Positions 12,443 through 25,560 of a DNA stretch of 64,000 bases are shown here, piece by piece. Numbering within the stretch: the first letter of the stretch is position 1; every line of letters begins with the position of its first letter. The notes under the pieces were generated by a model. That model did not search any database and was not told the origin of the DNA. It saw nothing but the letters and a program-made list of their open reading frames with translations. A program made the position numbers and the translations under genes. Location: positions 81,034,001 through 81,098,000 of the forward strand of contig OX597814.1 in the NCBI GenBank assembly GCA_951406725.2, read 5' to 3'. Source of the stretch: Octopus vulgaris. Its lineage: Eukaryota.

Positions 12443-12671
12443 GGTTGGCCAAAAGCCACCTGACAGTAAATCAAAACCATTTAATTCCAAGATTTATTTG
12501 TTTAAGAACTGAATGAATTTAATAAAAACATTTAAATATGAAGCATCATGAAAATAGTACATACTGAGGTATCTTCTTGAGTGACACATTTTTCCATTCG
12601 AGTCAATGCAGAATTACGGATAGTATATATGGAATTTTGATTTACTGTCGGGTGACTTTTGGCCAACCCTG
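12440..12671. mobile_element. Tc1/mariner-type MITE
   Basis: ~37-bp TIRs tatggttggccaaaagccacctgacagtaaatcaaaa / ttttgatttactgtcgggtgacttttggccaaccctg; no coding capacity. Confidence 0.8.
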
Positions 12672-14043
12672 TGTATCCTTTTTATATCTTTTACATGTTT
12701 CATTTACTGGACTTCAGCCATGCAAGAGCACCGTCTTGAAAGTTAAATGAATACGACCCCAGTTCTTATTCTTTCATGCTTATTTCATCAGTCGTGTTTG
12801 ACAATATATTTCCATCTGATGTGCACAAAGTATAATTTACTAATTTACCTCTAGTGCAAACTTTAAACTACATACATGCATACCCGCCTGTCTATCTATC
12901 TGCCTGTCAGTAGTTACAGGTATAATTGTATTTGAATGTGTGTGTAAATGCCTTAGGAAATTTAATTCTCCAATTGACAAAATTTATATGATTAGACAAA
13001 TAAAGATATAATCACTTAGACTGTTGCTAGGCATGTTTTATTTCTTTTTCCTTCGTTAATTTTAAAATTTTTTGTTTAACATTTCCTCTTGATTTCCTGA
13101 GATACTAACAAGGCAAATTAGAAAATAAATGAATATATGTTTTAATGTTGTTTTTACATTTTTGGATTTTTTAAAATTTTATTTTTATTTTGGCTTTGTC
13201 AATAAATGTTCATACTTGTTCACATATAATTACCACAATTTGGAAACTAATATCAATGTTAATAATAAGCTGGTGCACGATGTTGTCTGGCAGCCATATT
13301 AGAATAAATATATTTTGTATATCAATTTAGTATAAGACTAAAAAATGCAGAAAGAAATCATTTCAACAGGATAAAACTGGTTGAAACATTTGTAATTTTC
13401 TTTGTTGAACCTTTTTCATCCAATATTATTTAATATCCTTGTTTTCTTTCACCTTTATTCTTGTTGCAAGTTATATATAAAATTTGAAATGTTAAAGTTT
13501 TCTTATGTCAGTCAGTAAAACATGATTGTTCTTCATTTCTTTTTCCTGTTTCTTTAAACTTTCTTATTATGTCTAAATGTATATCTAAATCAGGAATAAA
13601 TTCAAATTAAAGTATATAAAGATATATATATTATTTTTTTTAGTTTCTTTGTTGTGAATCTAACAGCTGTTTTAATGGCATTATTTTATCCTATTTATTT
13701 GTCTATTTCCAAACTTTTATCATAAAAGATGATGAGAGAAACTGAGTTAATATACTGATTAGTAATAAACATATGCTCAAAATGAGTTTAATAATTTGAG
13801 CAATCATTTTCTACTCGTTCATTATTGATCATCTAATCATGTCTGTAATGTTCACATATTTCATCTACAGGCATCATCAAATTTAACTATTTTGTTTCAT
13901 GGATGTGTGTGAATGTTTTTCTATGTGTGTTTGTGTATATGTGTGCAGCTCTGAACAATCAAATCTATGACCAAAGATCTTACTGCCGTGATGATTGTAT
14001 TTATTCTTTCAACATATTGTATCTAAGGCTTCAGTCTAATACG

Positions 14044-14169
<126 letters not shown>

Positions 14170-14238
14170 CAAACTCATGCACACTCTACAGATTTCTTCA
14201 GTTTCACTAAAAATGTATTGGTTGAGCTACACCTGTAG

Positions 14239-16453
14239 CACAGATGTCAAACTCAAAACCCGGGGGGCCATATCCAGCCCGTGAGAGAATTTTTGGCAAA
14301 TATTTTTTAATGGCCCGGTGATATGAAGTGCAAACAACAAATTCCCCAATTTGTTCAACAGCCTTGTCGAACGAAAAGCTGCCTGATAGCATTCCCGCGT
14401 CAACTACATACATCTTCGTCATTACAGTAACCTAGCAACGTCCTGTTCATTTTGGATTGGTGCATAAGAGATGAAAGTAGTGTAGTGCCTGGATATTGCA
14501 TCACTCCTTCCAGCTTATACCATATCAATCAAGTGTCTATCAGTAGATGCACAATCTTAATTTTAAATCAAAGCTAGCCGTTAAAATGGCCATGAGAAAA
14601 GTTTATTCTGAAAAGAGAGTTTTTCAAAGCCACGGGAGGCTCAATATGTTTACTGATATTGGCGGTAAACCTATGTGTCTAATTTGTGGAGATAATGTGG
14701 CTGTGATCAAGGAATATAATCGAAGATGGCACTACGAGACAAATCGAAAAACTTGCATGCAGAACAGAAGCTACAGAATGTAGAAGAACTGAAGAGGAAT
14801 CTATCATCACAGCAGACGTTTTTCACCAAAGCAAAATCACAAAGTGAAGCTGCTGTGAAAGCAAGTTTTATTGTGGCAGAGGAAATCGCCAAATCAATCC
14901 GACCATTTACTGAGAGAGAGTTTCTGAAGAAATGCATGATGAAAGTATGTGACGTCTTGTGTCCAGACAAAAAGCAAATGTTTGCAAATGAAAGCCTTAG
15001 CAGAAATACAATTACTGATCAAAAGTTTGTGAGATAGCCACAGATGTGGAAACACAGCTGATTAAAAAAGCAAAGACTTTGTTGCATATTCTCTTGCTAT
15101 CGAAGAAAATAATGATACAACTGTCACTGCACAGCTCACCATCTTCATCCGTGCAGTGGAATCAGTTTACATGAAATCCATGCATGGGATAACAACAGGA
15201 AAAGACTTTTTGACAACATATGTTGAAGTGTAACTGACATGAACCAGCCTAACTTAAAACAGATGGAGCACCAGTGATGTGCAGTGAAAAAGTGGACTAG
15301 TAGGAAGGATACAGTTAAAGATGCAGGAGGACTGTACTGGTGAGTTGACAGTATATCACTGCATCATACACCAAGGATCGCTGTGTGGTAAAGCCCTCAA
15401 CATGGAGTATGTAATGAGCACTCTAACACAAACCATCAACTTTATTAGAGCCAAAGGTTTAAATCACTGCCAATTTCAGTCATTTTTTCAGGAAATAGAT
15501 TCAGAGTTCAGCGATATGTCTTATCATACAGAACTGCAATGGCTAAGTCAGGGAAAAGTTCTCACAGTTTTCCTGCTGATCAAGGAAATCTGTCAGTTCG
15601 TAGACATCAAAGAAAAGACTCCACAGTTTTGCTGGATAAAAAGTGTAAATGTGAGATGGCATTTCTGTCTGTCATAACTACTCATCTCAATGTCTTAAGC
15701 CTGCAGCTCCAAGAACAGAACCACTTGATCACTGATATGCATGATGCAGTGAAGGCATTTCAATTGAAGCTTCATGCTTATGAGATACACAAATGCACCT
15801 ATGCAACTTGTCTCCCTTTCCTTGTTGCAAACCAGTGTTGAACCAAGTCAGTGCCATGGTGTTCCCAAATGCACACTTTGCTGAAAAACAGTTCACATGG
15901 CATTTTAGTGACTTTGAAGTACAGACAAGTAATTTCTAGCTGTTTTACAACCCATTTGCCATCGACGTAGAAACTGCACTTGTACATTTGTAGATGGAGC
16001 TCATAGGGTTGCAGTGTACTGGGGCACCAAAGGTAAATTATGACACTGTGGGGCCTGTACAGCTTCATTCCTAAAGAGATGCCCAAGCTTCATCTATATC
16101 TGTGTGAGCAGCTGTTCTCTGTGATGAAAAATAACAAAACGTCACACAGGAGTCCTCTCACTGATGAATACCTGCTGTCCATCCTGAGAATCTCCATAAC
16201 ACAGAACCTTATTCTAAACATAATCTGTTGCCAAGAAAAGTTCCAAACAGCCAGCTCTGACAAATTGGCATAAAAGTGAAAATTGGCATGCATTGATTTG
16301 CTATTATTTTAACTTTTGTCTGTTTTAATTCATTTCATTGTTTCAAAAATGGTTTAGATTTCCGCTACTAAATAAATGTTTATCCAGTTCGGTTCGCAAC
16401 CTTAAGTGTGAGTTGAGTTTTGGCTCCCTGTGCTATTGAGTTTGATACCCATG
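14239..16453 (+). mobile_element. hAT DNA transposon (Charlie/SPIN/GTF2IRD2-like), decayed transposase
   Basis: Imperfect 18-bp TIRs cacagatgtcaaactcaa / ttgagtttgatacccatg. 8-bp TSD acctgtag (14231-14238) / acctatag (16454-16461). Peptides KPMCLICGDNVAVIKEYN, EAAVKASFIVAEEIAK, YHCIIHQ, WLSQGKVL, YLCEQLFSVMK. Confidence 0.95.
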
Positions 16454-16486
16454 ACCTATAGCATAAGATGCCATTCTATGACACAT

Positions 16487-16821
16487 ATGTGTGTGTGTGT
16501 GTGTGTATGTGTGTATATGTGCATGTATGTATATGTATGTATACATATGTATATATGTGTATGTATATGTATGTATGTGTATATATATGTGTATGTATGT
16601 GTATATATGTGTGTATATGTATGTATGTGTGTATATATGTCTATGTGTATGCATATGTTTGTATATGTATGTGGGTGTATGTATATATATATATATATAT
16701 GTATGTATATATGTGTGTATGTATGTGTATATATATGGGTATGTATATGCGTATATATATATATACATATGTATATATGTGTATATATATATATATGTAT
16801 ATATGTATGTGTATGTATATA
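16487..16821. repeat. Degenerate (TA/TG/TATG)n low-complexity tract
   Basis: Directly visible; source of five overlapping spurious ORFs. Confidence 0.95.
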
Positions 16822-18015
16822 TTGTGTCATCCCATAAATAATGTGGGCTTTTTAAATACTTCTTTTATTTTTCAAAATTAAAATAAAGTTCTATTTTAAA
16901 CTAAAATATACTCTCCTTCATTTCCTACAATGCTCTTCCATCTAATTGGTAGACTTGCAAGGCTCTCTTCCAAAATTCACTTGCCCATGATGAAAAATAC
17001 TCCTCCAGTACCGTACTGAACTCGCCTGCAGAATTCATATTTTTTCCGTTTATTTTGAAGACTGTAAAATAAATGATAATCAGATGGGGCAGTGTCCAGC
17101 AAATATGGTGAGTAGGGCATCATTTCCCATTCAAACTGCTCCAGCTTTTGGAATGTTATCCTCACTGTATGTGGCTGAGCATTATCCTGATGGAAGAACA
17201 CCTTTTGTCTTGAAACCAAAGATCTGGTCATTTTTCTTCTGGTGCTGCTCAAACTGCTTGCAGTAGATCACCTTTATTATCATTTGGTTTGGGTTTTACA
17301 TATAAAAGTTCGAAGTGGACTATACCATCCCACCAAGCAGATAACAACACCTTACATGGGTGAAAGCCTTCTTTAGTTTGGGGTGCCAGTGTTTCTCCTT
17401 TCTCTGTCTTCGGCACTTGGCATTTTTATAGAGAACCCATTTCTCGTCACCAGTCACTATTCAGTATAAAAAAGGTTCTTTCATGAGATGTGACAGCAAA
17501 GAAGAGCATGAATTCACTCTGTGTGTGATTAGACTCACAAAGTTTGTAAGGAACCCTTTGACCCAACTTGTTGACTTTTCCTTGATGAATGGTTGAATAA
17601 CCAAATACAACCTTCTCTGTTAGTTCTTCAACAGTTACGATGGAATTTTGTTCCACTAGGGTTTGCAGGATGTCCTCATTGAACTCTGCTGATCTTCCAG
17701 AATGATAGGCTGTAGTTTTCAGCTTGGAATTTCTGGAACCACTATTGACACTGACTTACATTTATTGTCCAGTCCCCATATACTGCACTTGATATTCCTC
17801 ACACTTTCCATTGTATTGTTGCTTTTATTGAATTTATAAAGCAAAATATGCCCAATATGCTTTGTCACTTCCATTATAGCTTTGGAAAAAATAACTGTTA
17901 AAATTAAATGGCACACATCAAAACTTGCACTGATAAGATAATATCTTGTCCTGCTCCGACATTTAGTTCATGCAATTGAATCCCCGCCCACCGCATTATT
18001 TATGAGATGACCCTA
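16822..18015 (-). mobile_element. Mariner (DD34D) transposon, decayed
   Basis: TIRs ttgtgtcatcccataaataatg / cattatttatgagatgacccta, both flanked by TA. Peptides FFHQDNAQPH, YLLDTAPSDYHLF (consensus YSPDLAPSDYHLF) and RVPYKL (consensus WVPHEL). Confidence 0.93.
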
Positions 18016-18020
18016 TATGC

Positions 18021-18051
<31 letters not shown>

Positions 18052-18849
18052 AAATACATTCTTGTGTGAATATGAACATTATATATATATATCAGTTTCA
18101 GCTAATGTTGGCTAAATGCAACGATGTGAGATAAATGATGTCAGTGATATGACATAGTGCTAATGTTAGCTACAAGAGTGTTGATAAACAGATCAAAATC
18201 ATATCAGCTGCTTAAAATAGTAACAGATATAAGATTATATATTTCAAAGTCACTATAATCTGTTTACACAGTTTAGATGTATTTGTTCGCGCACGCATGC
18301 GTACGTGCGTGTGTGTGCTTGTGTGAGAGAGAGTAGGGCCTCAAACTATTAAATGTCATATACAGAATTATGGGAAAAAATATAGTTGTTGTTGTTGAGG
18401 TTGTTTAACCCCAGGTCATCAATGATCTGACATTTACAATTAAACGTGATATTCCAATTATAACTGTTGTTTTTATGTATATCACTGCTTATATTATTTT
18501 TACATTATTATTTTATTTTTTTCATTCTCTTACTGGTTGCAGTCATATTTCATGGGTTTAGTATTTAGTCAATTATGTCAACCCCAGTACTTGGTACATA
18601 TTTTTTCATGAATGCATTTGTATGCATACACACACTCATACATGCAGTCTCATATATGCATACATACACTAATACACACACACACATTTGCAAAGTAAAT
18701 GACTTCTTTTTCCCTTCATTCAAGGTAGTAGGGTAAGATTTGAAGGAAACTTTGCAGCTATATCTAGCAGATCAAGTAACCACATAGAGACTTCTATGTT
18801 TTCTTCAAGTGTATCATGGTATGAATGATTGTCTTCCAAAAATAAAGTT

Positions 18850-19026
18850 TTAACACTTTAGCAGTTAAACCAACCATATTTGACCAAAATATTCTGCCTC
18901 TGTTATATTTAAACTGGCCAAATCTGGCCTCTCACACCTACTCAACAATGCATTTTAAAAATAACCACATAAAACCATGAAGCTACAAGATAATTCATGA
19001 TTAATTCAAGACAATGTGAATAAATG
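18850..19026. mobile_element. piggyBac-like MITE, partial
   Basis: Starts ttaacactttagc; reverse-complement homolog of the TTAA-flanked element at 57484-57688. Confidence 0.6.
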
Positions 19027-20029
19027 TTTGTGAGTTGAACTGGTCTAGACAATATGTTGAAACTCAAACAATTACATCATGGAAGAAACATGTTAGCCAT
19101 GTAACTGTTTTAGCACCAATACCCCCGACACTATCCCTGGTACTGATAGAAACTTCCTGTTTCTATGATGGAAACTTCCTGAAGCGACCATCATTAAATT
19201 TTCATGCTGGATTTCTGAACATGATCAGCTGAGATTATGGATATTATCCAACCATTTCATTCTTGGTCTATCTGTAGGTCTCTTGCTGGTTGGCTCGGCT
19301 TGAAAAGTTGTGATTCTTTCTTGCAGCCTTCTGACTATATATCAGATGTACCAAAGCTGTGTCCTCTCAATGGGGAGAAGTAGCAGCTTGATACCATAAT
19401 GTACTAAATTAGTTATAGTATAGTAAATTTACTAAAGTTGAGACCTGTTAATGTGTTGTGCTATTTTATTTGTTAATACAAATCATTTGTTAATACAAAT
19501 TACTGTGTCTTAAGCAATAAGGAAGCCTATACATCAGTGATTTCTAACCAAGAGGTCATGATACCATAGGGCAACAGTTCTCAAGCATTTCCTCTTGATG
19601 AACCTATGTTAAAATTACTTAATATTTTTCAATTAATCTGTTCTTTCTTTTTCCATTACATTATTTCAAAAGAAATGAAAATTGTCTTTAAAAGATTTAA
19701 CAGTACTAAAACTATCAGGTACCATAAAGAAGGCCTAAGAAATTTTGTCTTACTTATGATCTTATTTAAACCAATTTTCCTTACAATTCTTTATAAAGCA
19801 TTCTATTCATAGTCTCCTTACATCAGCCATAATATTTTATTACCTTAAGGATTATATGCATATAATCTGTGTATTTAATAAAATTACAAATATAGAATTA
19901 AATTAAAATATGATTAAAAAGTATTTCCATATAAATAACCTATTTATCACTTTCTCTTGTAGAACCCTTAATAACCAGTCAGGAATCCATAGGGTTCTAG
20001 AGTACTCTGTTTGAGAAATGCTAACCTTG

Positions 20030-20410
20030 TATAGTAAGAAGTTTGTTTCCCAACCACGTGGTTCCAGGTTCAGTCCCACTGTGTGGCACCTTGGGCAAAT
20101 GTCTTCTACTATAGCCTTGGGCCAACAAAAGATATGTGTGTTGGTTTGGTAGATGGAAACCGAAAGAAACCCATCATATATATATGTGTACATATGCCTT
20201 TGTGTATATGCTTGTCCCTCTACCACCACTTGACAACTGGTGTCGGTTTTGTTTACATCCGTGTAACTTAACATCTTGGCAAAAGAGATGATAAAATGAG
20301 TACCAGGTTTAAAAACATAAAAGTACTGGAGTCAATTTGTTTGACTAAAAATTCTTCAAAGGCAGTTCCCCAGCATGACCACAGTCTAATGATTGAAACA
20401 AAATTGATTA
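20030..20410 (+). mobile_element. SINE family A
   Basis: ggttccaggttcagtcccactgtgtggcaccttgggcaaatgtcttctactatagcc; same internal and 3' blocks as 5490-5862. Confidence 0.88.
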
Positions 20411-20764
20411 AAAAAATATCAAAAGTCTGTTTCCAAACACACAAGGATGTGTTGTGTAGAGTATTAAAGATTTCCAGTTTGAGCTTATGTTTTCTCTATT
20501 GGAGTAAAACAAGGATATCATTTACCTTAAGAAATAGAGAAATAGACTTGATGAGCTTAGAGAAATTGCTGCTTGACCTGCTATAAATAGCAGCTAAGTT
20601 TTCTTTTGCTATACCCTACTATCTTTTATAAGTTCATGTCTAAGACTACATTTAATAGCATACCATTGGATACATGATTATTCACTCACTCATTTTTGAT
20701 CCCTAGAACTGTGAAATTTTGTTTGGTTTCTTGTATGACATTTCTATAGTTGATGTAAGTTTTA

Positions 20765-20965
20765 CAGAGTAAGTTTGTTGCTAAACCCAAGCAAAACCCT
20801 TTACCTGGAAGACTGGGGACTATCTTTTAATCTGGTTTTCTATCCTTTGACCTATCTGGCATCATTGAATCTGTAAAGCATAGTACTAAACACTGCTAGT
20901 ACAACTCTCAGGATCACTGAAGCATGTAAGCTCCCCACAATACCAAGGCAGCAGTCTATGGGGGA
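20765..20965 (-). mobile_element. RTE-like 5'UTR fragment
   Basis: Reverse complement gccttggtattgtggggagcttacatgcttcagtgatcctgagag resembles the RTE/BovB-type 5' leader as I recall it; a related block lies at 40865-41190. Confidence 0.4.
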
Positions 20966-21133
20966 AAACATACAGGATGCTCAAATAAAAGAGAGGATGG
21001 TCATAGCTAGAACACTCTGTATAACAGATCTACTTAATCAAGGCTGGGCTGGAGCTAAACAAGAAGAGCTATTTTCAAGCCTTCATATATTCTATTAATA
21101 CATTTCTTGAAATTTTGTCATATAAGTACAGGC

Positions 21134-21400
21134 AGGGCCAGCACTAGGAAGTGCAGGGCCCAATTACAGAATAGTCAGTGGGTCCCTCTACTCTGCAAAA
21201 GCTGAAAATTGATGTTTTATGCTTTGTGTAATAAACCAATCCCAGCCAAAACGTGTTGAGGGCTTGAGGCTCCACTATTAGCTAAAATGATATACTGAAA
21301 ATTCATTGTAGCATCTTCCACTCAAGCATATGCACAGGGCCCTCACTTAGCTCAGAGTCCAATTTGAATAAATCTGTCTAATTGGTTTAAAACCAGCCCT
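21134..21400. mobile_element. PIF/Harbinger-like MITE
   Basis: Ends agggccagc...accagccct with internal gggccc repeats; partial homolog at ~29205-29270. Confidence 0.5.
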
Positions 21401-22881
21401 GAGTACAGGTATAGAAAAGAGTTGAAAGTTACTTTGTGATGTAACATTATCATCGTTGTTTTGACATCCACTTTGCCATGCTTACATGAGTGAAGCAGAA
21501 TTTGTTGCAACCAGATTCCCTTGTTGTAACATACTTTCTGCAGCCAACTCCAGCCTGCTTTCCTAGTAAGGTCACATTTCCCCACAACTAGACATGTTTT
21601 AACTGAAGATTGGAAGGGATGGGTACTGCTTGCATAATGATGACACTGGTTTACTATCATGTGATGTCGAGACAAGGTGAGAGTACATACACACATATGT
21701 GTGTATGACAAGATTTCAGTTTCTGTCTGCCAAATCTACCCTCTAGGCTTTGGCTGGCCCAGGGCCCATAATAGTAGAAACTTGCTGAAGGTGCCACACA
21801 GTAGGACTGAACCCAGAACCACATGGTGGAAAGCAAGTTTCTTATCTCATAGCCACACCTTTGCCTGTTAACATGTAACATGAAGAGAAAAATACATTTG
21901 TTTAGTATTTTTCAACTGATGGTGAAATGAAAAATAAAAATAAAAAGGAAAATGAAATATGCCAAACCTGCAGCAAACATTAGCAGTAAACAACCTTTGA
22001 AATGGTTTTTGACATGCAGAAACACAAAACCTCATGAGGAGACTGTCAGGGTGTGACATTCAAATCAAATAATAAAACTTCTGACAGATTAGATTTTCCA
22101 GACCATTGTTTTACTGCCTTGTGTCTTCTCTCTCTCTCTTCAACTCGACCTGACACTCACCTGATCTACTCAAGAAGGAAAAAAAATTGGGGGAAAAAAT
22201 AAAAACGTTGTACAATTGTTCTGTTATCTTTTCATTTAACTTTCTGTGTGGAATATTATCCTGTGATCCTTTAGAAGATTAATGATTGTCATCAGATAAT
22301 GTTGGAACCACTAGAGAAAATTGATTACATCAGAAAGTATAGACAATACTTTGGTTCAATTTTTATTATTAGTTTTTTTTCTTTTGTTCTTAAATTTCTT
22401 TATATGCTTGCATTTTAATAAATCTTTGATTTATATATATAATTTTTTTTTTTTTCAAATTTTCTTTCATTCTGACAATAATCAGAAGACATAGAGTTAT
22501 TGTTTATCTTATTTTCTTTTTCTTAAGAGTCTTCGATCTTTCGTATCTTTTTTTTTTCTTGTTGAGATATTTTTTTATCATTCTAAGTTTTTTTTTTTTC
22601 ATCTTTCCTGATGGAAAGTATAATATTTGAATGCTGATAGTTATCATTTTCTTTTCATTTAGTTATATATTTTCTATAAATTTCATTAATATTTTTAGAA
22701 TCCTTCTTTACCTTCTTTTACCATCTTGAAGTGTCATTTCCATTTACTCAACTATTCTGAAGGATGAGAAAGTTCAAAAATCATATCAAGAGCTTTCTTT
22801 TACTTCTCTTTTACACGTCGCTACAAGATTTTTTTTCATCTTCTCTAGTCTTTATTTCTCACTCTCTCTCTCTCTTCTTTA

Positions 22882-22920
<39 letters not shown>

Positions 22921-23362
22921 ACACAAAAATATGCCTGGATCACTTAACAAACTACTTTAGTTAACTGAATCATACATTTTTTTCCAAAAAAAAACTTTTT
23001 ATTTCACTTTTGGACATATGCATATGATTAAGTCACGCATGCAGGCAAACTTGTACATTCATTCATTAGCATATATACACACACATAGGTGTGTGTGATT
23101 TATTTCAGTTGATCCAGTAGCATATTGCTTTGGAGTTTTTCCAACAGTTACTCAGTTTCCTACTAGTTTCCTACCAGTTACTCAGACAGGAGTGCATGTG
23201 TGTGTGTTTCTGTTGGTAATAAAGTAGGAGAAAAAGTACTTGATACCATAATATAATAATTTATTTCAGTTGATCCACTAGTATATTACTCTGACATTTC
23301 CTTGGCTTGCAATCAGTTCTTCAAGCAGGAAAAAAAAACTCTGAAATACACATATGTATAGA

Positions 23363-24003
23363 ACATCATCATCATCATCATCGCTTCCAGTCTTTCGACA
23401 CTTATCTGGTTTGGATATGGATCTTCTCTAGACCTTCATCTTTCCGCTTGTAGCCTTTCTTTATGAAATTGGTCTTCATTACATCTTCCTTGACCTTCTG
23501 CACCTGTAGAATCCTTTCACTTGAATTGCTTGACCATCTTTCCTTCTGTGCACTAAAGCTGATTTCCCTTAATTCAGAAGAAGTCAAACATCATGCAATC
23601 TTCTTTCACATGTTATGGGAATCTCTTTGTTGCCAACAAAGGAAATGTTTTTATGTTTTTACTCTGGCTAACTGTGCTTCGAAAACACCATTCCTCAATT
23701 ACAAAAATGACCAAACTACTTCTAAAGAGTCTTCAAACATATGAAACAATCACTTTCAAATGGTGTCATCACTGATAATTTTTCCTGTGCATTTTCTACA
23801 CACTAAGTTTCTTTTGCTTACCTGCCTGCCTTTTATTTCACTGCACTTGTCATACATCTTTAGTTTGCAGTGGGTACTCTGTATGGAATTCCTTTTCTGC
23901 ATTAGAAGAAGCATGGTCACTTCCCATTTTACCAAGTCTGTCCTCCTGACTTTTGTCTTTGCTAGGTTTACTTTGTGACCTTTGACTTCCATGTTTTGCT
24001 TTT

Positions 24004-24004
<1 letters not shown>
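23363..24004 (-). mobile_element. Decayed LINE 3' fragment (RTE-like, with Cys-rich insertion)
   Basis: Minus-strand MEVKGHKVNLAKTKV (RT thumb region), then NSIQSTHCKL...KCSEIKGR...VCRKCTG. (GAT)n tail at 23363-23382. Confidence 0.65.
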
Positions 24005-24044
<40 letters not shown>

Positions 24045-24050
24045 TATACA

Positions 24051-24937
24051 TATTGCTTTTGGACTTCCCATCAGTCTAAAGAAAACAAAGATCATGTTCT
24101 CTCAGCCACCAGGCCAACCCTATGTGGAACCTAACATCTTCATTCAGAGTACAAGGTTAGATATGGTTGACTCGTTTATCTACCTTGGTAGTGCTCTCTC
24201 TAGAGATGGATCCCTTGATTCTGAAATAAAACTGAGAATTGAAAAAGCCAGCAAAGCATTTGGAAGATTTGAAAATCATTTGTGGTTTGATAGAGGTATC
24301 ACCTTCTAAACCAAACTTAGTATCTATGAATCTTGCACTTTAACGGTCCTCCTGTACTCTTCTGAGACATATTGGTGTCACATCAAGGCTTTAGAAAGAT
24401 TCCATCAGACTTGCCTAAGGAGGATACTAAACATCAAATGGAAGTCTTAAATACCATTGTTCTTCAGCAAGCTAACGCAGCCAGTATTGAAATGATCCTA
24501 ATACGCTAACATATCCGTTAGGTTGGGCACCTTGCTAGAATGCAGGATGACAAGGTTGCCAAAGCAGTTGTTTTACAAGGAGTTGCAGCATGGCAAATGT
24601 CCAAGATATAAACCCAAGAAATGTTTTAGGGATGCTGTCAAAAGCAACCTTAAAGCTCATAATGTGAAAGTTGAAGATTGGGAGCAGATGATACAAGATC
24701 AATAGGTTTGGAAACAAATGATCTACAATAGATGTAAAGCATTTGAAGCTTGAAGAATTGAACAATCTGTCTTGAAATGAGCACTTCATAGACAAGATTT
24801 AACTACAATCCCAGACACTTTTCTGCTTAAAAATATTTGTCTGTCAAGAGCAGTATTTGCTAGTCGTATAAAATCTCACAGCAGTATTTATTAATTGAAG
24901 AGATGGCCTTCTTCTGTAAAGAAGTGGCAATCATCAT
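24051..24937 (+). mobile_element. 5'-truncated RTE-clade LINE (second family), decayed
   Basis: FGLPISLKKTKIMF, SFIYLGSAL, RIEKASKAFGR, RLPKQLFYKELQHG; 3' end gaagtggcaatcatcat; flanked on both sides by (TA)n. Confidence 0.9.
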
Positions 24938-24990
24938 ATATATATATATATATATATATTTAAAAAAGGAGATGTGGAACACGAGTTGTG

Positions 24991-25333
24991 ATATATAAAA
25001 AAAGGAAATGAAGAAAATGCTGACAAAATAATTTAAGTAAGGGAGAGTGTATTTAATTAGGTGAAAGTTCTTTTTACCGGTTGCACATTTGTTATGCTTA
25101 TCAAAAGATATTTTTTTAAGAGAGATAAAGTTCCTTTCTGATCGATTTTTTTCTCTTATCTGGAGAAAAAAATAAGAGAAAAAAAATCTATCAGAAAGGA
25201 ACTCTATCTCTCTTAAAAAAATATCTTTTGATAAGCATAACAAATGCACAACCGGTAAAAAAGAACTTTCACCTAATTAAATACACTCTCCCTTACTTAA
25301 ATTATTTTGTCAGCATTTTCTTCATTTCCTTTT

Positions 25334-25340
<7 letters not shown>
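24991..25340. repeat. Near-perfect ~350-bp palindrome with degenerate hammerhead-like fold
   Basis: Arms 24991-25159 and 25172-25340 are almost exact reverse complements around a 12-nt loop; (TA)n lies at the right end and about 30 bp from the left end. Confidence 0.92.
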
Positions 25341-25357
<17 letters not shown>

Positions 25358-25364
<7 letters not shown>

Positions 25365-25560
25365 CTCATACAAGAATCTTGTTGATAGTGACTTCAAAGT
25401 TTCAGCCATTTAAGCCATCGTTGGACAATGGCTTAGTTGACTAAAACTTTGAAGTCACCGTCAAAAACAGTTTCGTATAAGAATTATAATTTTGTACTTT
25501 ACAAAAGCATAGAATAACCCATCAGATTAATGTCAAATTGTTTTTATTATAACTGAATAT
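25358..25560. mobile_element. Fold-back element with hammerhead-like motifs (copy 1)
   Basis: Hairpin 25358-25488. Minus strand reads CCAACGA-tggc..ggct-GAAA-ctttgaag-TC-actatc. Segment 25490-25560 is the reverse complement of 26450-26520. Confidence 0.7.

Noticed and set aside
14547-16273. Domesticated GTF2IRD2/ZBED-type host gene
   Set aside because: Many frameshifts and stops, with TIRs and TSD still present: a dead transposon.
24860-25413. Near-identical ORFs on opposite strands
   Set aside because: An artefact of the palindrome.
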